From the IMG/VR virus record IMGVR_UViG_3300021339_000001, positions 1 to 62,677 of that record: a stretch of DNA of 62,677 bases; one strand, written 5' to 3'. Below the pieces are notes generated by a model. It ran no database searches. It was not told the DNA's origin and was given only the letters and a program-made list of their open reading frames with translations. Positions 1-8,363 of the stretch are shown in pieces (the stretch's first letter is position 1; the number at the start of each line of letters is the position of its first letter). The translations under genes and the position numbers were made by a program. The DNA comes from a virus.

Positions 1-14
1 CCGGCTTCCCCCTG

Positions 15-44
15 TTGACGGTCCCCCACGAGGTCCCATAAACT
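15..44 (+). promoter_or_regulatory. Sigma-70/SigA-like promoter for the ncRNA locus (TTGACG-N18-TAAACT); second copy at 62565..62594
   Basis: -35 TTGACG at 15..20 and -10 TAAACT at 39..44. It lies in and after the loop of hairpin 62539..62583. No CDS follows until 461. Confidence 0.5.
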
Positions 45-64
45 TCCCGTCGTAGCACGGGAGG
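43..64 (+). other. 8-bp stem-loop at the predicted 5' end of the ncRNA transcript
   Basis: cttcccgt / acgggagg pair (one G-U) around the 6-nt loop cgtagc. Confidence 0.5.
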
Positions 65-113
65 AAAAAGGAGCACAAGTTGAATCTCAAGTCGGAAGCT
101 TAAACCTGGCGCC

Positions 114-183
114 GACGTTCAGTGCAGGTTCGAATCCTGCTCCCGCCACGCATGGCGGGGTAGCCCAAAGGTAGAGGCGCGTC
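114..183 (+). ncRNA. Circularly permuted tRNA-like domain 1 (YrlA/Y-RNA-like tRNA mimic)
   Basis: Element order is anticodon-stem 3' strand gacgt, variable loop tcagt, then T arm gcagg-TTCGAAT-cctgc. Next come acceptor 3' strand tcccgcc, capping loop acgcat and acceptor 5' strand ggcgggg. It ends with ta, a D arm gcc-aaaggtag-ggc containing GG, and anticodon-stem 5' strand gcgtc. The stem continues as 107..111/186..190 after a 2x2 internal loop. Confidence 0.7.
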
Positions 184-261
184 TACGTCACCGTCTAAGA
201 CTCTTGCTCCGAGGTTCAATCCCCATCCGTCGATATTAGGTCGAGTGGGCACGACAATGAA

Positions 262-331
262 TGCCGAGTCGTAGGTTCGAATCCTACTGAGGCCTCCACG
301 TGGCCTCATGGTGTAGCGGCAGCACGCGGCG
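262..331 (+). ncRNA. Circularly permuted tRNA-like domain 2 (YrlA/Y-RNA-like tRNA mimic)
   Basis: Element order is tgccg (pairs with cggcg at 327..331), variable loop agtc, then T arm gtagg-TTCGAAT-cctac. Next come acceptor 3' strand tgaggcc, loop tccacgt and acceptor 5' strand ggcctca (7/7 bp). It ends with tg, D arm gtgt-AGCGGCA-gcac, g, and cggcg. The flanks extend the helix (250..256 with 341..348). Confidence 0.7.
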
Positions 332-408
332 TCGTCAAGCTGATCGTGTTCTGAAGCGTACTAATGTCGAACTACCGGACGTGTCACCTGAACAGTGACC
401 AAAATGAA

Positions 409-450
409 GGCCCGGCGCGCTAGGGTAAGCGCGCCGGGCCGCTCCTTTTC
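409..450 (+). terminator. Rho-independent terminator closing the ncRNA locus
   Basis: Perfect 12-bp GC stem ggcccggcgcgc / gcgcgccgggcc with 8-nt loop, followed by gctcctttt. Confidence 0.8.
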
Positions 451-460
451 TGGAGAACCT

Positions 461-784
461 ATGCGCATCAACGGTCAACGGTTTAAGCTCGCTAAAGTCA
501 TCTTCGCCGTCGAGCTGGATAACGGTATGATCTACAGCATCGCCGGTCTGGCGACCGCTGAGATCGAGCATGTGGAGGAGTACCACCATGACTTTTATCC
601 ACGTGACAAGCTAACTCGAAAACTGCGAAACGAGACCATCGTGTCCGCAACGTTCTCGAGTATGTACGGAACTCGGATCTTTCGTCAGAACACGTCACCG
701 ACGTTTGACGACATCCCCGATCAGCCTGACGAATCGACGCCGCGATCACTGAGTCAAGTTCATGAGTTACCGTCAGGTTCCTGA
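461..784 (+). CDS. Hypothetical protein
   Basis: ORF 395..784 trimmed to ATG461, which has a ggaga RBS. ATG395 lies upstream of and runs through the terminator hairpin. Confidence 0.6.
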   Translation: MRINGQRFKLAKVIFAVELDNGMIYSIAGLATAEIEHVEEYHHDFYPRDKLTRKLRNETIVSATFSSMYGTRIFRQNTSPTFDDIPDQPDESTPRSLSQVHELPSGS

Positions 785-828
785 TAGTGTTGCATTGAAG
801 ACGAACGACTCCGACGAAAGGACGACTC

Positions 829-1221
829 GTGATACCCATCTTACGGATCATGGTCCCGGTGATGGCGTTGGCGCTGATCATCGTGGGTGTGGTGGTGGTA
901 CGCGCGCAGCACAACCGAACACTGGGCAGGCGAGCCAAGATGCGTGAGCTGGAACGACGCGCTGAGCACCTGCTGGAGAACCTGACCGCGTATCAGACGT
1001 GCGTCATCAACGTCCGAGGCGTTGTGGCGCCTGACGTGGACTGGGGCAGTCAGGAGCTGATGCGCGAGGCGGTTCACACGCATCTCACCAACCTCAGCGC
1101 GGAAGTGCGTGCGTTGATCAACAAGCGCAACGCCGACGAGTTCGAGGCCGACCACCCGACGAACTTCGACGAAATCTGGAGAGAGGCATCGCATGGCAAA
1201 CGACGACGCGATCGTCACTGA
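829..1221 (+). CDS. Membrane protein (single N-terminal TM helix)
   Basis: GTG start preceded by gaaagga. Hydrophobic stretch IMVPVMALALIIVGVVVV. Confidence 0.65.
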   Translation: MIPILRIMVPVMALALIIVGVVVVRAQHNRTLGRRAKMRELERRAEHLLENLTAYQTCVINVRGVVAPDVDWGSQELMREAVHTHLTNLSAEVRALINKRNADEFEADHPTNFDEIWREASHGKRRRDRH

Positions 1222-1534
1222 TCAGAAACCCATCGACGAACGATTCCCGATCGAACCACCGATCACTTCGGTTCTTCGATTCGAGCGTAAGTTGGGTGAA
1301 CGCACGTACACCTATGTGGCATTTCGCGCGACGAAGGACGTGTGGTACTACATCGGACGTCGTGCCTCCCCAACGCCCATGAATTGGTCCTCCGTTCGAT
1401 CAATGATCGAAGACGACGCCGTGTGCCAGATCGCCACGGACTGGTTCGACGTTCCGATGGTGTTCGACCCGCACGTCAACATGACCCCGGCCGAGTTCGT
1501 CGGCCAGGCTTATCCGAAGGGTGAACTACCGTGA
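1193..1534 (+). CDS. Hypothetical protein
   Basis: ORF with ggagag RBS upstream of ATG1193. Confidence 0.6.
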   Translation: MANDDAIVTDQKPIDERFPIEPPITSVLRFERKLGERTYTYVAFRATKDVWYYIGRRASPTPMNWSSVRSMIEDDAVCQIATDWFDVPMVFDPHVNMTPAEFVGQAYPKGELP

Positions 1535-2427
1535 ATCGAATTCGGCGCGTCGGTGCCGCGATCGTCGCCGTCGTCGCGATGCTGACGCTGGCAGCGTGCG
1601 GCACGCTGTCCAACCCATCGAGCGATCAGCTCGCGATCAACTACTCGGCGGGCAGCTACGAGGCGCAGAAGTTCCTCGACTGTCAGGACCCGTCGACGCG
1701 CGAACGCAAGGGCATCGGCGACCGCGTGTACTACTACCCCGCCGGTCAGCGCACGTTCAAGTTCTCGAACGACGAGGGCAGCGACAACGGCCCGCTCACG
1801 GTGTCGACGAAGAACGCCGAGTTGACCGTCTCTGGGACGGTCACGTTCACGTTGACCATTCCCTGCGACAAGTTCACGGACAAAGCCGGGAAGACGTGGG
1901 ATGGCGGCCTGCGACAGAAGTTCCACGAGACGATCGGTCGTAAGGACAGCGCGTTCACCGAGAAGTCGGACGAACAGCCCGGCAACGGCTGGGATACCAT
2001 GATCCGCACGTACGTCAAGGACGTCGTGGATCGTGCGGTCGACAACGAGGCGCTCGGTTACTCGTGGCAAGACCTCTACTCGAACCCGGAGAAGAAGACG
2101 GCGTGGGAGACGGCCGTCGTGGCCTCGATTCCGAGGCTGATCGAGACGCAGACGGGTGAGAAGTTCTTCACCGTCAACGCGATCTTGATTCAGAAGCCGA
2201 CGATCCCGGATGCGCTCAAGCGTGAGATCGAGAACGGGGAGGCCGCCACGCTGCGGGCGAACAACGCGGACATCGACAAGGGCGCGGCAGCGAACTGGCC
2301 CGGAGGTGTCGCCGCCTACATCGAGTACCAGCGACAGCTCGCGGTCAACAAGGCCATCGAGTCCGGGCAGGTCAAGGTGATCCCGATCCCGCAGGGATCG
2401 CCGATCCTGATTCAGGTTCCGCAGTGA
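1531..2427 (+). CDS. Putative lipoprotein, possibly SPFH/band-7-like
   Basis: GTGA start/stop overlap with the upstream gene. Signal peptide with lipobox LTLAAC. Confidence 0.7.
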   Translation: MNRIRRVGAAIVAVVAMLTLAACGTLSNPSSDQLAINYSAGSYEAQKFLDCQDPSTRERKGIGDRVYYYPAGQRTFKFSNDEGSDNGPLTVSTKNAELTVSGTVTFTLTIPCDKFTDKAGKTWDGGLRQKFHETIGRKDSAFTEKSDEQPGNGWDTMIRTYVKDVVDRAVDNEALGYSWQDLYSNPEKKTAWETAVVASIPRLIETQTGEKFFTVNAILIQKPTIPDALKREIENGEAATLRANNADIDKGAAANWPGGVAAYIEYQRQLAVNKAIESGQVKVIPIPQGSPILIQVPQ

Positions 2428-2591
2428 GTCGGCGGAGTCGCATACGATCCAACCGCGGTGAACACGTTGGAGTCGACGTTGGACTCGGATTCATCGTGTT
2501 CTGGATCTTCTGCTTTCTCTTCTCAGTTGGTTTTCTGGGCGTCATGGTTTGGGCGATCATCGAGCTCGTCCAGTGGGTCACGACGAAGTAG
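2424..2591 (+). CDS. Small membrane protein (55 aa, below the ORF-track cutoff)
   Basis: Hand translation: GTG2424 overlaps the stop of 1531..2427 (GTGA). Hydrophobic core GLGFIVFWIFCFLFSVGFLGVMVWAII. Confidence 0.45.
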   Translation: MSRRSRIRSNRGEHVGVDVGLGFIVFWIFCFLFSVGFLGVMVWAIIELVQWVTTK

Positions 2592-2715
2592 GGAGGTGAC
2601 TCCCATGCGACTCGGATTCGAGATCGGGTGAAGTACGGCACCCGGCGTCGCGGTAGCGGCGTCGGGTGTGTGCTGTGTCGACTACGATCGTCTCGTAACG
2701 CGAAAGGAGACGATC

Positions 2716-2934
2716 ATGCCAGCCGTTCGTGGAATGCTGAGGGTCACGACCGCTACCCAGCTTGCCGCCGTACTGCCGCTGACCGCCAAGCAGCGCGAGG
2801 CGACGCGCGAGCTGACCGAACGTTCGCAGCCGAAGCCAAACAAGGCGTTGACGCGCTCCAACGGGAGCGTTGGCGCTGCGATCGCCGGTCGGCGCGTCGC
2901 TGGCGGCGCGCGGGTGACGGGTGGCGCAAACTAA
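2716..2934 (+). CDS. Hypothetical protein; position compatible with a small terminase subunit
   Basis: ORF 2668..2934 trimmed to ATG2716 (aaaggaga RBS). Overlaps the terminase start. Confidence 0.5.
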   Translation: MPAVRGMLRVTTATQLAAVLPLTAKQREATRELTERSQPKPNKALTRSNGSVGAAIAGRRVAGGARVTGGAN

Positions 2935-4399
2935 GCGCTACGGCGTCGACCGCGAGGCGCTCTGGAAGAAGATCGGATACGTTCCACATCCCGGTCAACG
3001 CGACATCTTGGCGTCACGCGCGCGCTTCCAGGTCAGCGCCTGCGGTCGACGTTTCGGTAAGTCGAACATGGAAGGTCATCGGCTTACACCTGAGGCCTAC
3101 CGTGCGTACCCACTGCGACACCACCTCAAGGAGTCGGGGCAGCGCCATGAGTACTGGATCGTGGGGCCGGAGTACTCCGACGCGGAGAAAGAGTTCCGCG
3201 TGGTCTGGAATGACCTGGTTAAGCGAGGGTTCCCGTTCGACCGGCCAGGGTCTTACAACAATCCTCTCGGCGGGGACATGCATATCTCCCTCTTCGAGGG
3301 GACGTTCCAGATCAACGCGAAGTCGGCTCGCCACCCGGAGACGTTGGTAGGCGAGGGACTTCACGGAGTGATTCTCAGCGAGGCTGCTAAGCTCAAGCAG
3401 ATCGTCTGGGACAAGTATATTCGACCGACGCTGGCCGACTACAACGGCTGGGCGCGCATGACGTCGACGCCCGAAGGGCGGAACTGGTTCTACGACTGCT
3501 GGCGGATGGGTCAAAACCCAGCAGAGTGGGAGTGGGCGAGTTGGCGACGTCCGTCGTGGATGAACCCACACGTCTTCCCCATGGGCGCGACGCCAGCCGG
3601 TATCGACATGATCATGGAGGCGATCGACAAGCGCACGGCGCTGACGCCTGAGTTTCTCGATGACAGCGGGGTCGACCCCGAGATCGTCTCGTTCATTCGC
3701 AGCTTGACACCGGAGGCTTTCCAACAGGAGATCGCCGCTGAGTTCAACGAGTACGTCGGTCGTGTCTTTAAGGAGTGGGACGAAGAGTGGCACGTTCGTG
3801 ACCTGGAGTACAACCCAGCGTGGGAGACCTACGGCGCAGTCGACTACGGCTTCACTAATCCCAACGTATGGTTGCTTATTCAGGTCGGGCCGTTTGGCAC
3901 GGTTCACGTTCTAGATGAGGTGTACGAGCCGGGTCTAACGGCTCCTGAATTTGCCGCGCTGATTCGTCAACGCGGGTTGGCGCCAGCCTCTCTCCGAGGA
4001 TTCTACCCCGACCCAGCCAGTCCCGGCGACACCCGCATTCTCGAGCAGCGACTTCGGGTCAAGGGACGCGGTGGGACCGGTGGAGAGCGTAAACACCGGA
4101 TCGACGCCATTCGTCTCGCACTCAAGGATCGGAACGCGCACTTGCCATTCGGACACGTTGATCGCCAGCCACAGGTGCTGTTCGACAGACGGTGCGTGAA
4201 CACCATTCGAGACATGGGCGCGTACCGGTACCCGAAGAAGCGTGGTGAGATCGAGGCGAACACGCCGGAGGAACCGTTGAAGAAAGACGATCACGGACCC
4301 GAGGCCTTAGGTCGATTTTTCGGTGGACACTTCAACACGCCCCAGGCTGCAGCGTCGCGCACCGTTATCCGACGTAGTAACCTGGTTGGTCCACGCTAG
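2921..4399 (+). CDS. terL: Terminase large subunit
   Basis: 492 aa. Walker-A-like CGRRFGKS at the N-terminus, a nuclease-type C-terminal half (VDYGFTNPNVWLLIQV), and it sits immediately upstream of the portal gene. Confidence 0.9.
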   Translation: MAQTKRYGVDREALWKKIGYVPHPGQRDILASRARFQVSACGRRFGKSNMEGHRLTPEAYRAYPLRHHLKESGQRHEYWIVGPEYSDAEKEFRVVWNDLVKRGFPFDRPGSYNNPLGGDMHISLFEGTFQINAKSARHPETLVGEGLHGVILSEAAKLKQIVWDKYIRPTLADYNGWARMTSTPEGRNWFYDCWRMGQNPAEWEWASWRRPSWMNPHVFPMGATPAGIDMIMEAIDKRTALTPEFLDDSGVDPEIVSFIRSLTPEAFQQEIAAEFNEYVGRVFKEWDEEWHVRDLEYNPAWETYGAVDYGFTNPNVWLLIQVGPFGTVHVLDEVYEPGLTAPEFAALIRQRGLAPASLRGFYPDPASPGDTRILEQRLRVKGRGGTGGERKHRIDAIRLALKDRNAHLPFGHVDRQPQVLFDRRCVNTIRDMGAYRYPKKRGEIEANTPEEPLKKDDHGPEALGRFFGGHFNTPQAAASRTVIRRSNLVGPR

Positions 4400-4434
4400 T
4401 CTGACATCAACTCAACGCGTGAAAGGCGACGTCT

Positions 4435-5952
4435 GTGCTGGATACCTTCACGCAGTACACGACCACTCGGAAGTTCACAGGTCCGCTTCCGTCGTGGATG
4501 TCAGATGAAGACGGTGAACGCGTCCAGGCGTACTCGTTTTACGAGCAGATCTACCGCAACGTGCCGGAGGCGTTCAAGCTGACGCAGCGCGGTGCTGACT
4601 CCGATCCGGTATATCTGCCGAGCGCGCGTGGGATCGTCGAGTCGGTGAATCGATTCCTGGCCCGTGGTTGGAACTACGCCATCGACCCGGCGTTCGACAC
4701 ACCTGAGAATCAGGTGCTCGTTCGGCAGAAGTTGTCGGTGCTGTTCGCCCGTGAACGTATGCGCTCCAAGTTCAACATGCAGAAGCGGTGGGGCTTGATC
4801 CGCGGCGACTCGATCTGGCACGTCATCGCAGATCCGACGAGGCCTGAAAATCGACGCATCAGCATCTACGACGTCGATCCTGCCACGTATTTTCCCATTG
4901 AAGATCTGAACAACCCAGGTCGGCTACTGGGCGTGCACCTGGTGACGCAGACGGTTGACCCCAAGGATCCAACGAAGACCGTGATTCGCCGTCGAACGTA
5001 CCGAAAGCAGGACACCGGCGTGATCACGTCGGAGTTGTCGCTCTGGGAGATGGGCGGTTGGGACGACCGTGACGAGTCAACCGAGTTGAAGTTGGTTGCG
5101 GTGTTGGAGCCCGAGATCGCGCTTCCAGCGTTGATCACGACACTACCGGTCTATCATGTCACGAACTCACGCGCACCCGAGAGTCTCTTTGGCGTCAGTG
5201 AGCTCGCTGGCATCGAGAACGTTCTCGCCGCGGTTAACCAGACGATCAGTGACGAACACCTGACGCTGGTGATGCAAGGGCTCGGGATGTACGTCACAAA
5301 CGCGGGCCCGCCGGTTGACCCAACGACCGGCGAAGAACTGAACTGGGTTCTCGGACCGGGTCGCGTCGTCGAGATCGGCGACGAGAAGACGTTCGAGAAC
5401 GTCGCAGGCGTTCGCACCGTTTCACCTATGATCGAGCACATGAAGTTTATGCTCGAGCAGACGTACGAGGCGATCGGATTGCCTGACGTTGCACGCGGTC
5501 GCGTGGACGTCACAGCGGCTGAGTCGGGTATCGCGCTTCTGCTCCAACTGGGTCCGCTGCTGGCCGCGGCCGAGGAAAAAGAAGATGAGATGCTGGGTGT
5601 GTACGATCAGCTTCTCTATGACCTGGTGTATAAGTGGCTTCCCTCATATGAAGGACTGCCGATCACGGAGATCGTGATCGCGTCGACCGTCGACGACCCG
5701 CTCCCGGATAACCGCAAGCAGCGGATCGAAGAGATCATCATGCTGATGAGTTCGACACCGCCACTGATCTCGGCGGAGTACGCGCGTCAGGAGTTGACCA
5801 AGCTAGGCTACGACTTCCCGGCCGAGATGGGCGAGACGGTCGTGACCGAGCAGGCTGCGTATTCGTCAGCCGTAGGATTGGACCCATTCGCGAGTCGTGT
5901 TGCTGAAGATCTCGAGCGTGAAAGGGCGGCGACTGGTGGAACCGGAGCCTGA
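4435..5952 (+). CDS. Portal protein
   Basis: 505 aa directly after terminase. Size and synteny are typical. Confidence 0.85.
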   Translation: MLDTFTQYTTTRKFTGPLPSWMSDEDGERVQAYSFYEQIYRNVPEAFKLTQRGADSDPVYLPSARGIVESVNRFLARGWNYAIDPAFDTPENQVLVRQKLSVLFARERMRSKFNMQKRWGLIRGDSIWHVIADPTRPENRRISIYDVDPATYFPIEDLNNPGRLLGVHLVTQTVDPKDPTKTVIRRRTYRKQDTGVITSELSLWEMGGWDDRDESTELKLVAVLEPEIALPALITTLPVYHVTNSRAPESLFGVSELAGIENVLAAVNQTISDEHLTLVMQGLGMYVTNAGPPVDPTTGEELNWVLGPGRVVEIGDEKTFENVAGVRTVSPMIEHMKFMLEQTYEAIGLPDVARGRVDVTAAESGIALLLQLGPLLAAAEEKEDEMLGVYDQLLYDLVYKWLPSYEGLPITEIVIASTVDDPLPDNRKQRIEEIIMLMSSTPPLISAEYARQELTKLGYDFPAEMGETVVTEQAAYSSAVGLDPFASRVAEDLERERAATGGTGA

Positions 5953-6193
5953 GCAGGTCAACGTAGCGGACTGGATTCGACACCTTGATGTGCCGTTCAA
6001 TCCTGAGGATGGTGACATGATCACCGACGTCGTCATCTTAGGTCGAATCATGAACGCCAACCGCAACGAGTCGCAGTTCTACGTGGGCATGAATCCTACC
6101 ATTGACATCATCACTCGCATGGGTCTCATCGCGGCCGGTGGCATGTGGGAGGCTGGTCGTAAGTGGGAGAACGTCGACTCCGACGATGACTGA
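5897..6193 (+). CDS. Hypothetical protein (start uncertain: ATG5897 overlaps the portal gene by 56 nt; GTG5990 is an alternative)
   Basis: ORF track. No strong RBS at either start. Confidence 0.45.
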   Translation: MLLKISSVKGRRLVEPEPEQVNVADWIRHLDVPFNPEDGDMITDVVILGRIMNANRNESQFYVGMNPTIDIITRMGLIAAGGMWEAGRKWENVDSDDD

Positions 6194-6350
6194 GACATCG
6201 TGGTGGACGATTAGTGGCGCAGATTTCTTAGCTGCACTGCGAAGCGTTGAGACCGGTGTCAGTCCAGATATCGTGTATGCGGAGTACTACGCGAACAGCG
6301 ATGTTGTGCGCTATGACCAAGACGGTAGCGAGTTGAGTGATGGCGACTGA
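6186..6350 (+). CDS. Hypothetical protein
   Basis: ORF 6102..6350 trimmed to ATG6186, which overlaps the upstream stop (ATGACTGA). Confidence 0.5.
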   Translation: MTETSWWTISGADFLAALRSVETGVSPDIVYAEYYANSDVVRYDQDGSELSDGD

Positions 6351-7263
6351 AGATCGCAAGCCACTTATCTCCTATCTTAAACTTGAGAAGGAGTTTGAGC
6401 GCGATCTTCTGTTCACCTTGGATCGCGCCGCTAAGAAGGCCGAACGCGACGTGGCGCGACTGGTCGGGCGTTCCAACGTCGGTAGCGTCATCAGGGCGTC
6501 TCAGATGTCCATGGTGGCCCGCGCGCTGCGGTTTCGTGTGGCTGAACTGTGGATCGACGTAGGCTCGGAGGTTCGCGCCGGTCAGGTACGTGCTGGTGCT
6601 GAAGCTATGACCGTTATGGTGGAGGAATATGAAGCCGTTCTACTTCGCAGTGGGTTGAGCGCCGACAACATCTCCACGTTCACCAAGGCCGCCGTCGCAC
6701 AGGCTGAGCAGGGAGCGATCGCCGCCGCGACGCGAATGAGTCTTACTCAAGTGCCACTGTCGACGCGGGTTTATGAGTCGGCCATGTTGCAGTCAGGTCG
6801 CATAGATCGCATCGTGAACGAGGCTCTCGCGCGTGGCCTATCGGCGCGTGAACTGGCGTCCGAGGTCAGAGGGTTTATCAATCCTAAGACACCTGGTGGA
6901 GCGCGTTACGCGGCGATGCGACTGGCTCGCACTGAGATCAACAACGCGTTCCACGGTATTCAGGTGCAGGAGTCGATCGACTCACCGTTCATTGAGCGCG
7001 TCGAGTGGCATCTCTCAGGATCACATAAGGTACCCGACGCGTGTAACCGTTACGCAGAAGATGTGCATGAGCCTGGAGAAGAACCGGGAATCTGGCGTCC
7101 GACGCATGTTCCACGAAAACCGCATCCGCAATGTCTTTGCTTTACCACACCTGTCGTTATCGATGAAGAAGAGTTCTTTCAAGGAATGGCAGCAGGTCGT
7201 TTTGACGCACATCTTGAATCACGTGGTGTTAATCCGCACGATCAACCTGTGCCGCGAGCGTAA
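6337..7263 (+). CDS. MuF-like minor capsid / head morphogenesis protein
   Basis: Motif RLARTEINNAFH is typical of the phage Mu F / SPP1 gp7 family. Position after the portal gene fits. Confidence 0.8.
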   Translation: MMATEDRKPLISYLKLEKEFERDLLFTLDRAAKKAERDVARLVGRSNVGSVIRASQMSMVARALRFRVAELWIDVGSEVRAGQVRAGAEAMTVMVEEYEAVLLRSGLSADNISTFTKAAVAQAEQGAIAAATRMSLTQVPLSTRVYESAMLQSGRIDRIVNEALARGLSARELASEVRGFINPKTPGGARYAAMRLARTEINNAFHGIQVQESIDSPFIERVEWHLSGSHKVPDACNRYAEDVHEPGEEPGIWRPTHVPRKPHPQCLCFTTPVVIDEEEFFQGMAAGRFDAHLESRGVNPHDQPVPRA

Positions 7264-7353
7264 GACTCGTTGACCACGAGTAAGACTCGTTAGCAGCCTG
7301 CTAATCTGACATCGATGCGGCTCGAACCGAGCCGGCAGGATTCGGAGGTAGCG

Positions 7354-7989
7354 GTGCCCGCCACAACTCGGACAGACGTTGATGACGTTGACGATCTGGA
7401 CGACGTGGATGACGATGGCACCGGTACCGGCACCGATGACGGCGATGCTGGGAAGTCCAGCAAGGGAACCGACTCAACGTCCGATACGTCGGATGTGACC
7501 GCCGAGGTCAAGAGGCGTCGTCGTGAGGCACGTGAACTAAAGGCTGAGAACGCCACCCTGGCTGCGCGTCTCGAGGAGCTCGAAGGTAAGGACAAGAGCG
7601 AACTCGAGCAGGCGAACACCAAGGTGGTCAAGCTCGAACTTCAGGTCACGGAACTACAGGAGCGGCTCGAAGAGCAGCTCATCAAGAACACATTCCTCAC
7701 GGCGAACACGCATGAATGGCACAACACGAGTCGCGCGTGGCGCATGCTCGATCTGAGTGACGTGACGATCAACGATGACGGATCCGTTGACGGTCTCGAG
7801 GAGGCGATCGCGGCGCTCGCCGCCAGTGATCCCTACCTCATCAAGGTCACGAAGACCGATGACGACGATGACACGGAACGTGAAGCCAAGAATGCGGGCG
7901 CTACCGGTACACCTACCGACGGTCGCCGCCGTCGTACCCCGAGCAAGGGTGCTGACGAGGCGGCTCTTCGGGTGAAGTATCGGATCTGA
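7354..7989 (+). CDS. Scaffolding protein
   Basis: Acidic, coiled-coil-rich (ATLAARLEELEGKDKSELEQANTKVVKLELQVTELQERLEEQ) and located before the capsid gene. GTG7354 has a ggagg RBS; ATG7315 is an alternative start. Confidence 0.7.
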   Translation: MPATTRTDVDDVDDLDDVDDDGTGTGTDDGDAGKSSKGTDSTSDTSDVTAEVKRRRREARELKAENATLAARLEELEGKDKSELEQANTKVVKLELQVTELQERLEEQLIKNTFLTANTHEWHNTSRAWRMLDLSDVTINDDGSVDGLEEAIAALAASDPYLIKVTKTDDDDDTEREAKNAGATGTPTDGRRRRTPSKGADEAALRVKYRI

Positions 7990-8102
7990 CCTCGGAGGGC
8001 GGAATCATCGCCAGGTACGACAAGTACGACCCATATTCGGGCGGATTCCGCGCACCGCTCGAGAACGCCATCGTTCTCGCGAATGCCTTCGTTGCATACG
8101 CG

Positions 8103-8363
8103 GTGGGTCTCAACGGTAGTGGCCGAGTCGTTCTCGGCGCCGGTACGACCGGCATCAAGGGCATTCTCATCGCGCACAACGCTCGCGAGGTGGGCGAGAT
8201 CGTCGACGTCATGACCGGCGGTGAGATCGTCGAATTCGCGCTCGCCGCGGGCACGCCGTACTACGGTGTCGCCGCTGACGGGACGATCACGGCCACCGTG
8301 GGCTCCAACAAGGCACTCGGCTTCACGGTCGAAGCCTCGCGCATGATCGTGAGGGTCGTCTGA
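8103..8363 (+). CDS. Head decoration-like protein (DUF2190-like); true 5' end probably upstream
   Basis: GTG8103 is the first canonical start, but the frame is open and protein-like from 7989 onward. See findings. Confidence 0.6.
   Translation: MGLNGSGRVVLGAGTTGIKGILIAHNAREVGEIVDVMTGGEIVEFALAAGTPYYGVAADGTITATVGSNKALGFTVEASRMIVRVV

Larger units (their letters stand above)
1..127. repeat. Left copy of an exact 127-bp terminal direct repeat (identical to 62551..62677)
   Basis: Read base by base: ccggcttccccctgttgacgg...gacgttcagtgcag occurs at both window ends. This fits a circular-assembly overlap or terminal redundancy. Confidence 0.97.
51..450 (+). ncRNA. Putative ~400-nt structured non-coding transcript carrying two permuted tRNA-like domains
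   Basis: Bounded by the promoter at 15..44 and the strong intrinsic terminator at 409..450. There is no plausible CDS, and the only ORFs here are antisense or short. Confidence 0.6.

Noticed and set aside
114-298. Reading the TTCGAAT T arms at 124..140 and 271..287 as ordinary tRNA genes, or as attP-type 3' tRNA fragments. The third T-loop-like motif ggttcaatcc at 213..222 was also considered.
   Set aside because: No complementary acceptor 5' strand or D arm lies upstream at tRNA distance; they lie downstream in permuted order. No integrase exists to support attP. The 213..222 motif has no pairing T stem, so it was not called.
100-589. Minus-strand ORFs 100..309 and 335..589, and the 395 start of the plus ORF, over the ncRNA locus.
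   Set aside because: They run antisense to or through the T-arm/acceptor helices and the 12-bp terminator hairpin, and they have no RBS. The region is better explained as structured RNA.
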